A stretch of 62,532 nucleotides of DNA, counting the filler. It is 6 parts of 6 records of this genome, joined end to end, with 100 filler letters (N's around TTAATTAATTAA, not from the genome) between each part and the next. Parts side by side here need not be neighbours in the genome. Positions count along the whole stretch, not along the records: positions 1 to 23,892 come from SRR31147125_18034; 5 more parts are not named here. One strand, given 5' to 3'. The position numbers were made by a program, and so were the translations under genes. Numbering within the stretch: the first letter of the stretch is position 1; each line of letters begins with the position of its first letter. Below, piece after piece: positions 10,887-21,388 of the stretch. The notes below the pieces were generated by a model that made no database searches, was not told the origin of the DNA, and worked only from the letters and a program-made list of their open reading frames with translations.

Positions 10887-13800
10887 TCAGACTTTCGCAA
10901 ATTCCGCCGCCTCCCACAGCTTCATAAGATATTGATTGCACAGCCGTTCAAACGCTTCGCCGATCATCGACTCCGGAGGCATATCCTTGAACAGGATCCG
11001 CAGCTCCTCCGCATAGCCCTTTGTGATACTTTTCCACAGATTTTCCCGTGCTTTTTCCCGTGGATCTGTCGATCCTCTCCCACGATTCAGCATCACCTGA
11101 CTGCAATAGGCAAAGGCGGGCTCGACGAGCAGCTTCGACGGATAACGGCACCCATCAAGATACCAGGATATAATCGTATTAAGATCCCCATCATCTCCTG
11201 AACCTGCAGCGATAATCACCCTCTGGTCCTGGGCCACAATATGTGTCGGTTGCGCTTCCTTTTCCCTCCGCCTGCACAACGTACCGTCGACAATGTTCCC
11301 GAGCCACGCGACAAACAGGTCCGCCCCCTTCAACGGGGCGTACCGATAGTACAGCAGACCGCCGTCGGTGGATCGATTGAGGGCACCGGTCAGCGTACAC
11401 GCGTCGCATTCCAGTTCGAACCGGTCGACCTCGAGGGCCCCTGAGGGCACAATCTCCCTGATTCTGGCAATAAATTCATCTATTTCAGAGACACGCCACT
11501 CGAATTGGACGCGCCCCGGATAACCGAGCGGCCACGCCTGTCGCTGCTGCAATGCATCGAGTATGTCGGCAGCGCCTCCCCGCTCAGCACTTCCTGTATC
11601 AGATCCTGATTGACCTGGTAGTTCTCGAGGGAGTCCATGATGAACGGCTCGTGCTCCGCTGGTAAATCTTCGCCCGCACCCGTTCTCATCCCGAGAATCG
11701 AACGTACAAAAAACTTCTGGGGATTGCGGAGAAAGGATTCCAGGTCTGCAAGCTCGATCCGCTCAGGTTGTTCACCGTCGATCGGTGAGTCAAACCATGC
11801 ACAAGGAAGTTTCGCACCTGCCGACCTGAGATTGGGCGGTTTCGCAATAATAGTGAGAGTGGCTGAACAGATCGCCTGAACCGTTGAAATAGCGCTCGCT
11901 GAACGGCTGCAGCGGCTGTTTTTTGACGCGGATCGGTCCATAGCAGTATTCGATCGTTTCAATCAGCTCGGAGACGACGGGTGACGGTGGGAGCTCGTCG
12001 TTGGTCTGGATCGACTGGCCGATATAGCTGATGTAGAGGCGTTCCCGGGCGGCCATGATCGCTTCGAGAAACTGATACCGGTCGTCCGCACGCCTGGACC
12101 TGTCGCCCTTTTTGTAATCGGATTTGAGCAAGTTGAACGGTGAGAAGAGATCCTGTTTCGGAAATTCTCCGTCGTTGACACCGAGTAGGCAGAGGACCTT
12201 AAAAGGGATCGAACGCATCGGCAACATCGAGCAGAAGGTCAGCCGACCCCGGAGAAAACCGCTTGCCGACAATGTGTCCGCCTCGTTTTCAAACCACTGC
12301 CTGATAACGTCGAAGGAAACCTCCTCCGTGTGGTAGGGACTGCAGCTCTCACCAAGCCCGGTCAGCAGTTCCTGGAGCGTGAGCAGATCCGGGGAATCAT
12401 CGTCGCCGAAGAGCTCCGTAGTGAATCGATACAGGATGGCCGACCACTGCGCGAGGGTGTGCGTAGAGGTGATCGTGATTCTACTCCGCTCGACGGTATC
12501 GATGAACAGACACAGGTTGCCCAGCAATTCGGCGTCGCCTCCCTCCACAGCCGTGTAGGGGATGACCGTGCCGATCCTCTCCGTCGTCCCGGACGCCATC
12601 CCCAGCAGCATCCGCTCCAGCCCGTCCTGCCAGCTGCCGCCGGGGACCAGCGGATGACCGTCTTCGTCGCGCTGTGTTTGCGACAACCCCCAGCGAATGC
12701 CGCTGTCGGCGAGCCAGCAGCGGATCTGCTCCATATCGCCTGCGCGAATACCAAACGTTCGTCCCACCTCCGGGTGCTCGATGAGGTCGATGATCTCCGG
12801 TCCGCTGTATCTCCCGGTAAAGAGCTCGAGAAACTCCGATAGAATCGCGAAATAGAGGTTGTCCCGGCGATTTCGGCAATCGGAAATATCGTGGGCGATA
12901 TCTGCGAACAGCGCGGGGATCAAATCGCCGTACTGTTGGATGTCGGGAGCCATCACAACGATTTCATGGAGTCCGAGACCGGGGTCAGCCGTCATCCAGT
13001 CAATTACATGATCCCTGAGCACGGTGAGTTCCCGTATCCGCGAGTGGCACGACACGATGGTTATGGAATCATCGGACACGGGCTCACCCACTCCCTTTGC
13101 ATAGTGTCCCTCGAGCACGTCATCCTGCAGCCGGTGCAGCAACCCGGTCTGGCCAAACGCCGCATTAAGCGCAAAAACCTCCGCCCGATTGACCAGCCGC
13201 TCGTCACCAACATGCTCGAGCAGGATGTGCTGGAAATCAGCACCCTGTCGGCCCAGAGCGGACAACAACGGGTGAAACTCGAGATCGTTCTCCGCTTCAT
13301 CCTCATACGAGCGCCGAACCTTCGCACGCCTGGATTCCAGGTCAGCCCAGTAGTGCGAGCAGGGGGTCAGCAGAAAGAAGTGCACGTCGACGACGTCCGA
13401 CAGTGCATCAAGCACGGATACAAACATCGGCGGCAGCGTGTGGATACCGAACACATACATCGTTTGCGGCAGTTCCGCCCCTCTCGCCCCGGCCTGAGCG
13501 ATCTGCTCGATCAGGTCCTGCATCAGCGCACCGCGATGGCTTCCCCTGCCCTCGTCCGCCAGCAGCGTCCACAGATGCATCTGCCACGACTCAGCACTGT
13601 TATCCGTTGCCGTTCGGCCTCTATTCCACGAATCGATCAGGTTAGGCCGCATGATCTGGTATTGATCGAACAGATCCGCGAGAGAGCGGGCGAGCTGGTA
13701 GCGTTTCAGTTCCCGGTTATCGCCGCTCAGGTAAGGGACGAGTGGGCTTAAAGGTCCGCCATCCGTCTCACGCAACAGTCTCTCGATACGCCAGATGAGG

Positions 13801-14066
13801 ATGGCTCGGTCATAGGCCGAGATGTCGGTGTCTGCATGCAGTAACCCGCTGATGTATTCGAAGAACCGCAGCGGCAGCATATACTCACTGTTGCACCAGA
13901 CCCCGAACTTATCCGCAAGAAACTGGCTGAGCATACGCCCCATTTCACGACTCTGGACCAGGAACAGCGACGTGTCGAACAGCGACCGACCGTGCGGGTC
14001 ATTGATCACGGCACCGAGCTGCTCAGCCAGAATCTCAGTTCGATTGGAATTGTACAGGTAAAACAT
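10887..14066 (-). CDS. recC: exodeoxyribonuclease V gamma subunit, two frameshifts (about 11810 and 11560)
   Basis: MFYLYNSNRTE, LADLFDQYQIMRP, SCHSRIRE, PMRSIPFKV, DRSRRADDRYQFLEA, PLQPFS; continues through ORFs 11480-11962 (LESFLRNPQKFF) and 10887-11552. Confidence 0.93.
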
Positions 14067-14292
14067 GAATCCGTTATAATCCCGGGAGGTTCAAGGAAAC
14101 GATACGATGCAGACGATGAGTGGGTTCGTAGTCTTCTTAAGGACTCATGATAACCATATAAATCCAGCCACGGCAAACGAAACCGGAGATACTACTCAAT
14201 TAGTTGTGTGACACCCTTTGCTGTTCAACTTTCTGATATGATGATGGGTCTGATTATCGATTGCATTCCGGGGATGGCGGTGACGGTGTGTT

Positions 14293-14961
14293 TCAATCAA
14301 TGTTGTTCATGAAGCAGTACGGATCCTTTTTCTCGAGAACATCCTGTCCGTAGCTGTAGCGAGCGGCGATGCATTCCCGGCAGACCGGGTTGATCTGCCC
14401 AGCTCTATAACCTGGTCCAGATTGTCACGCGTCAGGGTCAGCATGATCTTGGTGTAGACCTCCCGCTCCCTGAGTACATCCAGAAACGCGAGAACCCTCT
14501 GAGAAAGACCGGCGCCGCGGATATAATCGTTGTGCGGATCGAGGCCTTCGAGGCTCATCTGGTAAAATGACAGCGGGTGAATTTCCATGAGCGAGTCAAT
14601 CGCTTCCGAAGTGACCGGATTTCCCAGAATGCCGATGACAAATCCCCTCTCCGCCGCTTCCCTGTACAACCGATGAAAATGCGGGTGGAGCAGCGGGTTG
14701 CCGCCGGTAAAGGAAACCTGGCCGAACACATGGTGCTTACCGCAGAACTCGTAAAAGGAACCCAGAATGGAGATTTCCTGTAAACGGAGGGATTCCCTTT
14801 AAGCTCGCACATTCCTGGAGCAGTTCAACGAGGGCATCGATCGATTCCGAACGGTTTATCAGTACCTGAAAATTCTTGTGCCCGACCAGTTCCCGCGCAC
14901 CGCCGAAGCTGCGGGGAACAGCATCCACTATATCGGGAAAGCTATCTGAAATTGCAGTCAT
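14293..14961 (-). pseudogene. sbtM: internally deleted thio(seleno)oxazole/selenobiotic radical SAM maturase (SbtM-like)
   Basis: Three segments in different frames: N-terminus from 14961; middle ILGSFYEFCGKHHVFGQVSFTGGNPLLHPHF...ILGNP...FYQMSLEGL..HNDYIRG...MLTLTRDNLDQV; C-terminal tail PVCRECIAARYSYGQDVLEKKDPYCF, stop at 14293-14295. The CxxxCxxC motif and most of the SPASM domain are absent. Confidence 0.8.
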
Positions 14962-15025
14962 TTTCTAATAGAAACCGGATGTAAATGGTAGAATTAGTGG
15001 AAAAATTGAACGATGAATCCAGACA

Positions 15026-15139
15026 TCAGCAATACCCTGATCCTGATTTGAAATTGAGTTTCTGAGTGAGTGTTGCCCCGGCAACCAGACCGGCTATGGT
15101 CAGGCCGGCCAGGAACTTTTTCAGATCATCTTTTTCCAT
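15026..15139 (-). CDS. sbtA: SbtA-like selenobiotic RiPP precursor (leader intact, core apparently lost or altered)
   Basis: AAGGAGG RBS, then MEKDDLKKFLAGLTIAGLVAGATLT, which resembles the SbtA-family leader; ends SGSGYC-TGA; immediately upstream of the SbtM-like remnant. Confidence 0.72.
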   Translation of the reverse strand: MEKDDLKKFLAGLTIAGLVAGATLTQKLNFKSGSGYC

Positions 15140-15425
15140 GCGGCCCTCCTTGCGTGGGTTGTAGGGGACACAGGACAAGCTCCCCTGCGGAATCATGCGG
15201 AAGGCCACATAGTAGTACCATACACGGTAATCCGATTTTGCGCTCTAACATATATATAGCGCGAATCCCACAAACACCCTGCGGCCGGTACCGGCATCCG
15301 AAAGAAAATTTAATGGTGAAACTTCCTCGAAACAGACTAGTTTATAGGGGGCGGAAATCGACGGGCTCTTTATGCGGTCGCCCGCTCCAGCTTCAAACAG
15401 TGGCTAGCCGTTCGTATCTGAATCA

Positions 15426-16115
15426 TTGAATGAAATGGGTAATTATATGACATCTCGTGCAACCGCACTCCCGGCATACAGTTTCTACGAGGAACTCGCC
15501 AACAGCATAACCCACGGCATCGGAATTCTCTTCTCCATTGCAGGACTCGGTGTTCTCACCGCTTTCTCCAGCGTGTTCGGCTCGGTCTGGCATATCGTTT
15601 CGTGCAGCATCTACGGCGGCACTATGATCCTGCTCTACACTGCCTCGACACTCTATCACTCAATCCCGGGACAAAAGGCCAAAGCCGTGTTCCGGACGCT
15701 CGATCACTCCGCCATTTTTCTCCTGATCGCAGGTACCTATACGCCTGTGACCCTCGTGTCCCTGCGCGGTCCCTGGGGGTGGTCGCTCTTCGGGACGATA
15801 TGGGGACTTGCAGTTGCGGGCATTCTTCTCGAGATCTTTCTGCCGAAAAAGCTGCGGTTCATCATCATCGGACTCTATGTCGCGATGGGCTGGACTATCG
15901 TCGTAGCGGTCGGCCCAATGCTGTCAATGGTGGACCCCGGAGGCCTGTGGCTGCTGTTGGTGGGCGGTCTCTGCTACACGCTTGGCATCCCCTTCTACAT
16001 CTTAAAATCTATCCCGTTCAATCACGCGATCTGGCACTTGTTCGTGCTTGCAGGGTCAATCTTCCAGTTCTTCTCGATCCTTCTCTATGTGGTACCGGTC
16101 CTGACGACGGGTTAG
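15426..16115 (+). CDS. hemolysin III family (PAQR/TrhA) membrane protein
   Basis: EELANSITHGIG, ASTLYHS, DHSAIFLLIAGTYTP, HAIWHLFV; 7 TM helices; true start probably one of the internal Met codons. Confidence 0.93.
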   Translation: MNEMGNYMTSRATALPAYSFYEELANSITHGIGILFSIAGLGVLTAFSSVFGSVWHIVSCSIYGGTMILLYTASTLYHSIPGQKAKAVFRTLDHSAIFLLIAGTYTPVTLVSLRGPWGWSLFGTIWGLAVAGILLEIFLPKKLRFIIIGLYVAMGWTIVVAVGPMLSMVDPGGLWLLLVGGLCYTLGIPFYILKSIPFNHAIWHLFVLAGSIFQFFSILLYVVPVLTTG

Positions 16116-16196
16116 GAATAAAAGAAGCCTTTTTCCTCAGGAGTTGTTGGGGACAACAGGGTAAGGAGAGGAAAGGCTAAAGGGAAAAAGTTGATG

Positions 16197-16381
16197 GCCA
16201 GCGAGGTTGCTGGCGGCTGGAGAGCGCAGCGGAAGACAGTCAGCTACGCGGCCTTCCCCAAACTTATTGGCGCTATAAACAAGTTCCGGGAAGGCAGTGG
16301 CAGTCTATTTCAGGCAGCTGCGCTTGGAGCTTTCGGGGACAGAATGATTTTCGCAGAAATGCGCGAAAAAAATTCAGTCCC
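16197..16381. other. three consecutive stem-loops between convergent genes (terminator/REP-like or ncRNA)
   Basis: GCCAGC/GCTGGC hairpin; long nested stem AGCGCAGC(16223)...GCTGCGCT(16324) containing GCCTTCC/GGAAGGC; GGGGAC...TTTTCGC/GCGAAAA...GTCCCC hairpin. Confidence 0.55.
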
Positions 16382-16413
16382 CTGGTCAGTTACTCCGTGC
16401 GAACGATAGCCAG

Positions 16414-18426
16414 CTACTTCGACCGGATACTTCCCGCCAGCTGGTAGTCGCCGAGCGTATCCGCGACACTTGCTGAGATATCGAATTTGCTCGCGTCACC
16501 ATCCAGTGCACCGAGGGCTTTCTTGTATAATTCAACCGCCCAGCTTTTATCGTTGAACCGGCGGAATGCGCTCTCGGCGAGATAGACGAGATCTTTTGCT
16601 CCGGAAAAAGCTCCTTCCGTCTGCTTGTGCACCTCTTTCAGAACCTCAGCCCCGCCGCCCTGGCTTTCAATCGCCCGAAAGACGCTCTCCACCTGAAACC
16701 GGTCACTGCACTCCTCGATCGATTTACTGTAGAGCTCTTTGACCCAGGACTGATCATCGAGGGTCGCAGCGACCCGCCCCGCCAGGCTGAGCAGGCTCGA
16801 GCGATCCGTGCAGCTCTGCTGGGCACCCTCGAGCAGGTTCCTGGTCCATTCACCGTCCTCGAACACCTCGTGAACCAGTGTCGCGAGCTTCATCCGATCC
16901 GCCGCCGACTCCGCGGCCCCTTCCATCTCCTTCACATAGGTTTCAACCTGATCCCGTGCGCCCGTGTTCTTCATCATCGCAGTGACAACATTTCTCTTCT
17001 TCAGGAAATCATCGGCCGAATCGTACAGGGAGCCATACATCTTCTTCGCCCACTCCATGTCACCGAGATCCTGCGCGACAACCTCGGCAAGATTCATATA
17101 ATCATCGAGATAGCTGGCCTGTTTTTCAGCGTTGACATAGAGTTTGCGGACGTAGGGCTTGTCACCGGTCGCCTGGGCGACATCGTGACCGAGTTTGCGG
17201 AGTGAGACTCCTGTGGTTGCTGCCTGCTCGCGCTTGATGTAGTCGTCGTACAGGTCGCTGAACTCGGCCCTCTTCTCCTTCTGCAGGCTGATGTCGTCGA
17301 GCCATTGCTGGTCTTTCCCGTATTTGAGGACCGCATCTGCCATGGCCAGGAATTCGCTGTTGGTCTTGACCGCATTCTCGGCATCTTTGAGCACCGTCAT
17401 CGCGGCGTCGAGATCCCCGACCTCGTCGGCGAGTTTCTCGGCCGCCTTGACCAGTTTAGGTGTCTCGTAATCGAAGCCGGCCGCCTTCACAAACACCTTG
17501 CCCGCCTCTTCCTTGTTACCGGTTTCCTTGAGAATCGCATCGCCGAGCTTCATATTCTCGGCATAACTCTCGTAGACCTCTCCGGCACGGCTGAGAATCT
17601 GCAGGACCAGGTCGTTGTCGTCCAGCGCACTCTTTGCGGTCGCGGCCAGTTTCACCAGGTCGTCACCCTTGTCGAGCATGCCGGTAGCCTTGTTGAACAG
17701 GGTCGTGGCGTATTCCCGGTCATCGAGGTCGCTCACCGCCTTTGCGGCGAGATTACCCAGCTCGATACCGGACTCGGCACCGGCTTCCGCCTTGCTGAAA
17801 ATCTCACGGTCCAGGCCGCTGTCGGGAAACAGTTTTTTGCCAGTGGCTGCCAGCGCCGCGTAATCATCGCCCTTCGAGCACGCGTCCACTGCCGAGACGA
17901 GAACGTCCTTCGCCTGGTCAGCATCATCGAAATCCGTCATCAGCGCTTCGGCAAGCTCGGCGAAATCGCCCGGAGTTTTGCATTTGTCCTTCCCCTTGGC
18001 CCCCATCTCCCGTGCCAGGTCCTTGTCACCGAGGCTGTCGCCCACCTTCTGGGCGAGATTCAGGAATTCGCTGGCCTTCGTCGCTTTCTCTGCGGCAGCG
18101 TTGAACATGTCTCTGGCCGAATCCTCCTGTCCGTTCTCCGCCGCCGCGACGGCCAGATCGATCATCTCCCCGGCGTTGGTGCATGAGCTCTTGGCCTGCT
18201 CGAACAGCTCTGCAGCCTTTTCCTCGTCACCGTGGATAATCCGGGCTCCGTTCGACAGCGCGAGGAAATCAGCAGCGGTCGCGGCCCAGTCCGCACCTTC
18301 ATCGTAAATTTCGACCGCCCAGTCCTTGTCCTCCAGCTCCTGGAAAATCTCGACAGCTACAGCCACATAATCTGGAGTTTCCTGACAATCGTCATATTTT
18401 TCCTCGAGTTCTTCGCGTGTCGCCAT
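16414..18426 (-). CDS. alpha-helical solenoid protein of about 19 tandem 34-aa TPR-like repeats, function unknown
   Basis: Repeating units such as SYLDDYMNLAEVVAQDLGDMEWAKKMYGSLYDSA and SGAKDLVYLAESAFRRFNDKSWAVELYKKALGAL; GGAGAG RBS; no signal peptide. Confidence 0.85.
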   Translation of the reverse strand: MATREELEEKYDDCQETPDYVAVAVEIFQELEDKDWAVEIYDEGADWAATAADFLALSNGARIIHGDEEKAAELFEQAKSSCTNAGEMIDLAVAAAENGQEDSARDMFNAAAEKATKASEFLNLAQKVGDSLGDKDLAREMGAKGKDKCKTPGDFAELAEALMTDFDDADQAKDVLVSAVDACSKGDDYAALAATGKKLFPDSGLDREIFSKAEAGAESGIELGNLAAKAVSDLDDREYATTLFNKATGMLDKGDDLVKLAATAKSALDDNDLVLQILSRAGEVYESYAENMKLGDAILKETGNKEEAGKVFVKAAGFDYETPKLVKAAEKLADEVGDLDAAMTVLKDAENAVKTNSEFLAMADAVLKYGKDQQWLDDISLQKEKRAEFSDLYDDYIKREQAATTGVSLRKLGHDVAQATGDKPYVRKLYVNAEKQASYLDDYMNLAEVVAQDLGDMEWAKKMYGSLYDSADDFLKKRNVVTAMMKNTGARDQVETYVKEMEGAAESAADRMKLATLVHEVFEDGEWTRNLLEGAQQSCTDRSSLLSLAGRVAATLDDQSWVKELYSKSIEECSDRFQVESVFRAIESQGGGAEVLKEVHKQTEGAFSGAKDLVYLAESAFRRFNDKSWAVELYKKALGALDGDASKFDISASVADTLGDYQLAGSIRSK

Positions 18427-18826
18427 GGTCTTCTCTCCACTATTGAGTTTTTACTGTATGAGCCTGCATCCTGAATGAGCCCGCTTCTTATACTGCATCA
18501 TAAGCATTTCCTCCGATGAATGCAGGTTTGTCCGGGCATCACTAAACACTTCTCTGCACGCCGTTTTCACGGTTTGGCCTTTCTCGATGGAACTTTGAAA
18601 TTTATAGTTTTTTGACTAAAAGACAATTTTTCAGGATTCACTAGACGTTTTATCCCAATTTTCCCCAGACATACAAACACTTTTGCACACAACATCGCAA
18701 CTATTCGTTTGCGATACGTCCGGCCTGCCATATTGTTGATTGGTAGTGACATTACTCCAGATCCGCGTGCGAATCGAAGTCCCTGATTGACGCCGCAGAC
18801 CGGTCTCACCATACACGGAGGAAAAG

Positions 18827-19828
18827 ATGAAAGCGATAGTTGCAAAAGGCGGGAGCGCCGCCGAAGACGATGGTGCATTTCAACTGGTAGACCAGAAGAT
18901 ACCTGAACCACAGGCGGACGATATCCTGGTACGTGTCCTCGCCATTGGGATGAACCCCGTAGATACAAAGTTTCGTAAACGCTCAGACAGCGATCATGTA
19001 CCAGGCTGGGATGCGTGCGGGATTGTTGGGAAATGTGGAGAGAACGTACATGGATTCACGGTTGGAGAAACTGTATTTTACGCAGGAGATATTACCCGGC
19101 CCGGGTGCAACAGTGAATACCATGTCGTTGATCACCGCATTGCCGCTTTGGCCCCGTCCATACTTTCACCGGAAGATTCAGCGGCGATGCCGTTAACATC
19201 GATAACCGCCTGGGAGGCCTTGTTTGTAAGGCTCGGTTTCGTTGCGGAGAAAAACGGTAACGCCGGGCAATCGATCCTCATCATTGGCGGCGCAGGAGGT
19301 GTCGGATCGGTTGCTGTGCAACTGGCCCACTGGGCGGGATTGAAGGTGTTTGCAACCGCATCGAGGCCGGAAACAGCCGACTGGTGCACGTCATTAGGGG
19401 CCGATGCGATCTGCAATCATAAAAACTACCTTTTCGAGGAGCTCAAACAAAACGGTGCCGAGAGCGTTGACGCGATCTTCTGCACCACGCAGATGGAAAG
19501 GCATTGGCAGGCGATGGCGGACTGCATACGTCCCCAGGGTCGAATCGTGCTCATCGACGACCCGGCCGACCCGCCCGATATCAGCATATTCAAGCGCAAG
19601 AGCGTGACCATTTCCTGGGAGTTCATGTACACCAGATCAATGTTCAAAACCGACGATATGGATGAGCAGGGGAAGTTGCTGTCAAGGGTCGCCGGCCTGC
19701 TGGACGACGAATCTCTGGTGACTACAAGGCAGCAGACGTTAACGGGACTGACGGCGGAAAACGTACGGGATATGCATATCAGACAGGAAAGCGGGACGAT
19801 GATGGGAAAGCAGGTGCTCGTTCTGTGA
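18827..19828 (+). CDS. zinc-binding alcohol dehydrogenase-like/NADPH:quinone oxidoreductase (MDR family)
   Basis: GMNPVDTK, GWDACG, YAGDITRPG, PLTSITAWEAL, IIGGAGGVGS, ISWEFMYTRSMF; GGAGG RBS. Confidence 0.92.
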   Translation: MKAIVAKGGSAAEDDGAFQLVDQKIPEPQADDILVRVLAIGMNPVDTKFRKRSDSDHVPGWDACGIVGKCGENVHGFTVGETVFYAGDITRPGCNSEYHVVDHRIAALAPSILSPEDSAAMPLTSITAWEALFVRLGFVAEKNGNAGQSILIIGGAGGVGSVAVQLAHWAGLKVFATASRPETADWCTSLGADAICNHKNYLFEELKQNGAESVDAIFCTTQMERHWQAMADCIRPQGRIVLIDDPADPPDISIFKRKSVTISWEFMYTRSMFKTDDMDEQGKLLSRVAGLLDDESLVTTRQQTLTGLTAENVRDMHIRQESGTMMGKQVLVL

Positions 19829-19955
19829 GCCTCACCGTCTCCCCGGATGCATCAGTTTCAGATACTCCCGCAACGCTGGCCAGGTAGCCCAAAGCGCCCC
19901 TCGGAAAGCCGGACATACGTCAGGCTCTCCGAGGACGATGAAAATCACCGGCTGA

Positions 19956-21251
19956 TTAAACAGCCTCGATGATGAAATAATTCTTCTTACCCTTCTGCAC
20001 GAGCAGGTAGGTTTCGTTGATCAAATCAGTCCCGCTGACCGAATAATCCTGGTCGGAAACCTTTTCCTTGTTCAGACTCAGCCCGTTGCCCTTGATGGTG
20101 CGCCGCACCTCGCCCTTGCCGGGAAATACCTCCGTCTCGGCCGCCAGCAACTCGACGATATTCACCCCGCCAGCGAGCTTTGCGCGTTCGATCTCAAAGG
20201 TCGGTACTCCCTCGAAGACTGCCAGAAACGTCTCCTTGTCGAGTTTCGCGAGACTTTCCGCGGTGGCCTTGCCGAAAAGGATCTGCGACGCTTCAACCGC
20301 CTTATCGTACTCTGCTTCGTTGTGCACCATACAGGTCAACTCTTTTGCCAACCGCTTCTGCAGCGGCCTGAGGTGCGGGGCTTCCTGCTGCTCCCGGGCA
20401 AGTTCGTCGATTTCCTCCTGCTCCAGCAGCGTAAAGATCCTGATATATTTCTCCGCATCGAGATCCGAGACATTGAGCCAGAACTGGTAGAATTTGTAGG
20501 GGGTCGTCAGTTTCGGATCAAGCCAGATATTGCCGCTTTCCGTCTTGCCGAATTTGCCGCCGTCTGCCTTCGTGATCAGCGGACAGGTCAGCGCGAACGC
20601 TTCCCCACCCTCCTTGCGACGAATCAGCTCCGTACCGGTGGTGATGTTCCCCCACTGGTCGGATCCGCCCATCTGCAGCTTGCAATTCTTTTCCCGGTAT
20701 AAATGCAGGAAATCGGTCCCCTGCACGAGCTGATAGGTGAATTCGGTAAACGACATGCCCATTTTGGCATCTTCGCTGAGCCTCGATTTCACGCTGTCTT
20801 TGGCCATCATATAGTTGACGGTTATATGCTTGCCGATATCGCGGATGAACTCGAGAAAGGTAAAATCCTTCATCCAGTCGTAGTTATTCACCATCTCGGC
20901 GGAATTGGACGCATCGGATTCAAAATCAAGAAACTTGGCAAGCTGCTTCTTGATGCACTCCTGGTTGTGCCTCAGTGTTTTTTCATCGAGCAGGTTGCGC
21001 TCCTCCGACTTGCCCGAGGGGTCTCCGATCATTCCGGTCGCACCGCCGACCAGCGCGATAGGCTTGTGCCCGGCAACCTGGAAATGTTTGAGCATCATCA
21101 CACCTACCAGATGGCCGATGTGCAGTGAGTCGGCAGTCGGATCGATGCCGATGTACGCCGAGGTCATCTCCTTCTTGAGCTGTTCCTCGGTACCGGGGGT
21201 GATATCATGGATCATCCCGCGCCAGGCCAATTCTTCAATAAAATTCATCAT
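19956..21251 (-). CDS. tyrS: tyrosine--tRNA ligase
   Basis: [36 protein letters not shown]-terminal S4 domain (QKGKKNY). Confidence 0.98.
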   Translation of the reverse strand: MMNFIEELAWRGMIHDITPGTEEQLKKEMTSAYIGIDPTADSLHIGHLVGVMMLKHFQVAGHKPIALVGGATGMIGDPSGKSEERNLLDEKTLRHNQECIKKQLAKFLDFESDASNSAEMVNNYDWMKDFTFLEFIRDIGKHITVNYMMAKDSVKSRLSEDAKMGMSFTEFTYQLVQGTDFLHLYREKNCKLQMGGSDQWGNITTGTELIRRKEGGEAFALTCPLITKADGGKFGKTESGNIWLDPKLTTPYKFYQFWLNVSDLDAEKYIRIFTLLEQEEIDELAREQQEAPHLRPLQKRLAKELTCMVHNEAEYDKAVEASQILFGKATAESLAKLDKETFLAVFEGVPTFEIERAKLAGGVNIVELLAAETEVFPGKGEVRRTIKGNGLSLNKEKVSDQDYSVSGTDLINETYLLVQKGKKNYFIIEAV

Positions 21252-21388
21252 GTTCTATCGTCAAGGTATCTGTATTGCGGCCTGTTTCGGCCTGAAAGAA
21301 TAAATAAACGAGACTATCAGTACAAAACCGGACCTTATCCGTCAAGCGGCAATACGCATGTAACCGCACGAGATGGGACACCGAAACC

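Noticed and set aside
7965..13751. Long plus-strand ORFs (7965-9440, 10041-11201, 12891-13751) and similar ones at 1212-2105 and 17305-18186
   Set aside because: Antisense shadows of GC-rich real genes with no recognisable motifs.
7297..14066. recB/recC as naturally split genes, pseudogenes or programmed frameshifts
   Set aside because: Pieces are colinear with all motifs intact, and the same single-indel pattern hits essential genes on other contigs; sequencing error is more likely.
14195..14220. TTAGTTGTGTGACACCC as an IS terminal repeat near the sbtM relic
   Set aside because: No partner repeat or transposase remnant found.
16197..16330. tRNA-Sec, SRP RNA or 6S RNA
   Set aside because: No T-loop/CCA cloverleaf, no SRP domain IV motif, and no clear 6S central bubble; kept only as an unassigned structure.
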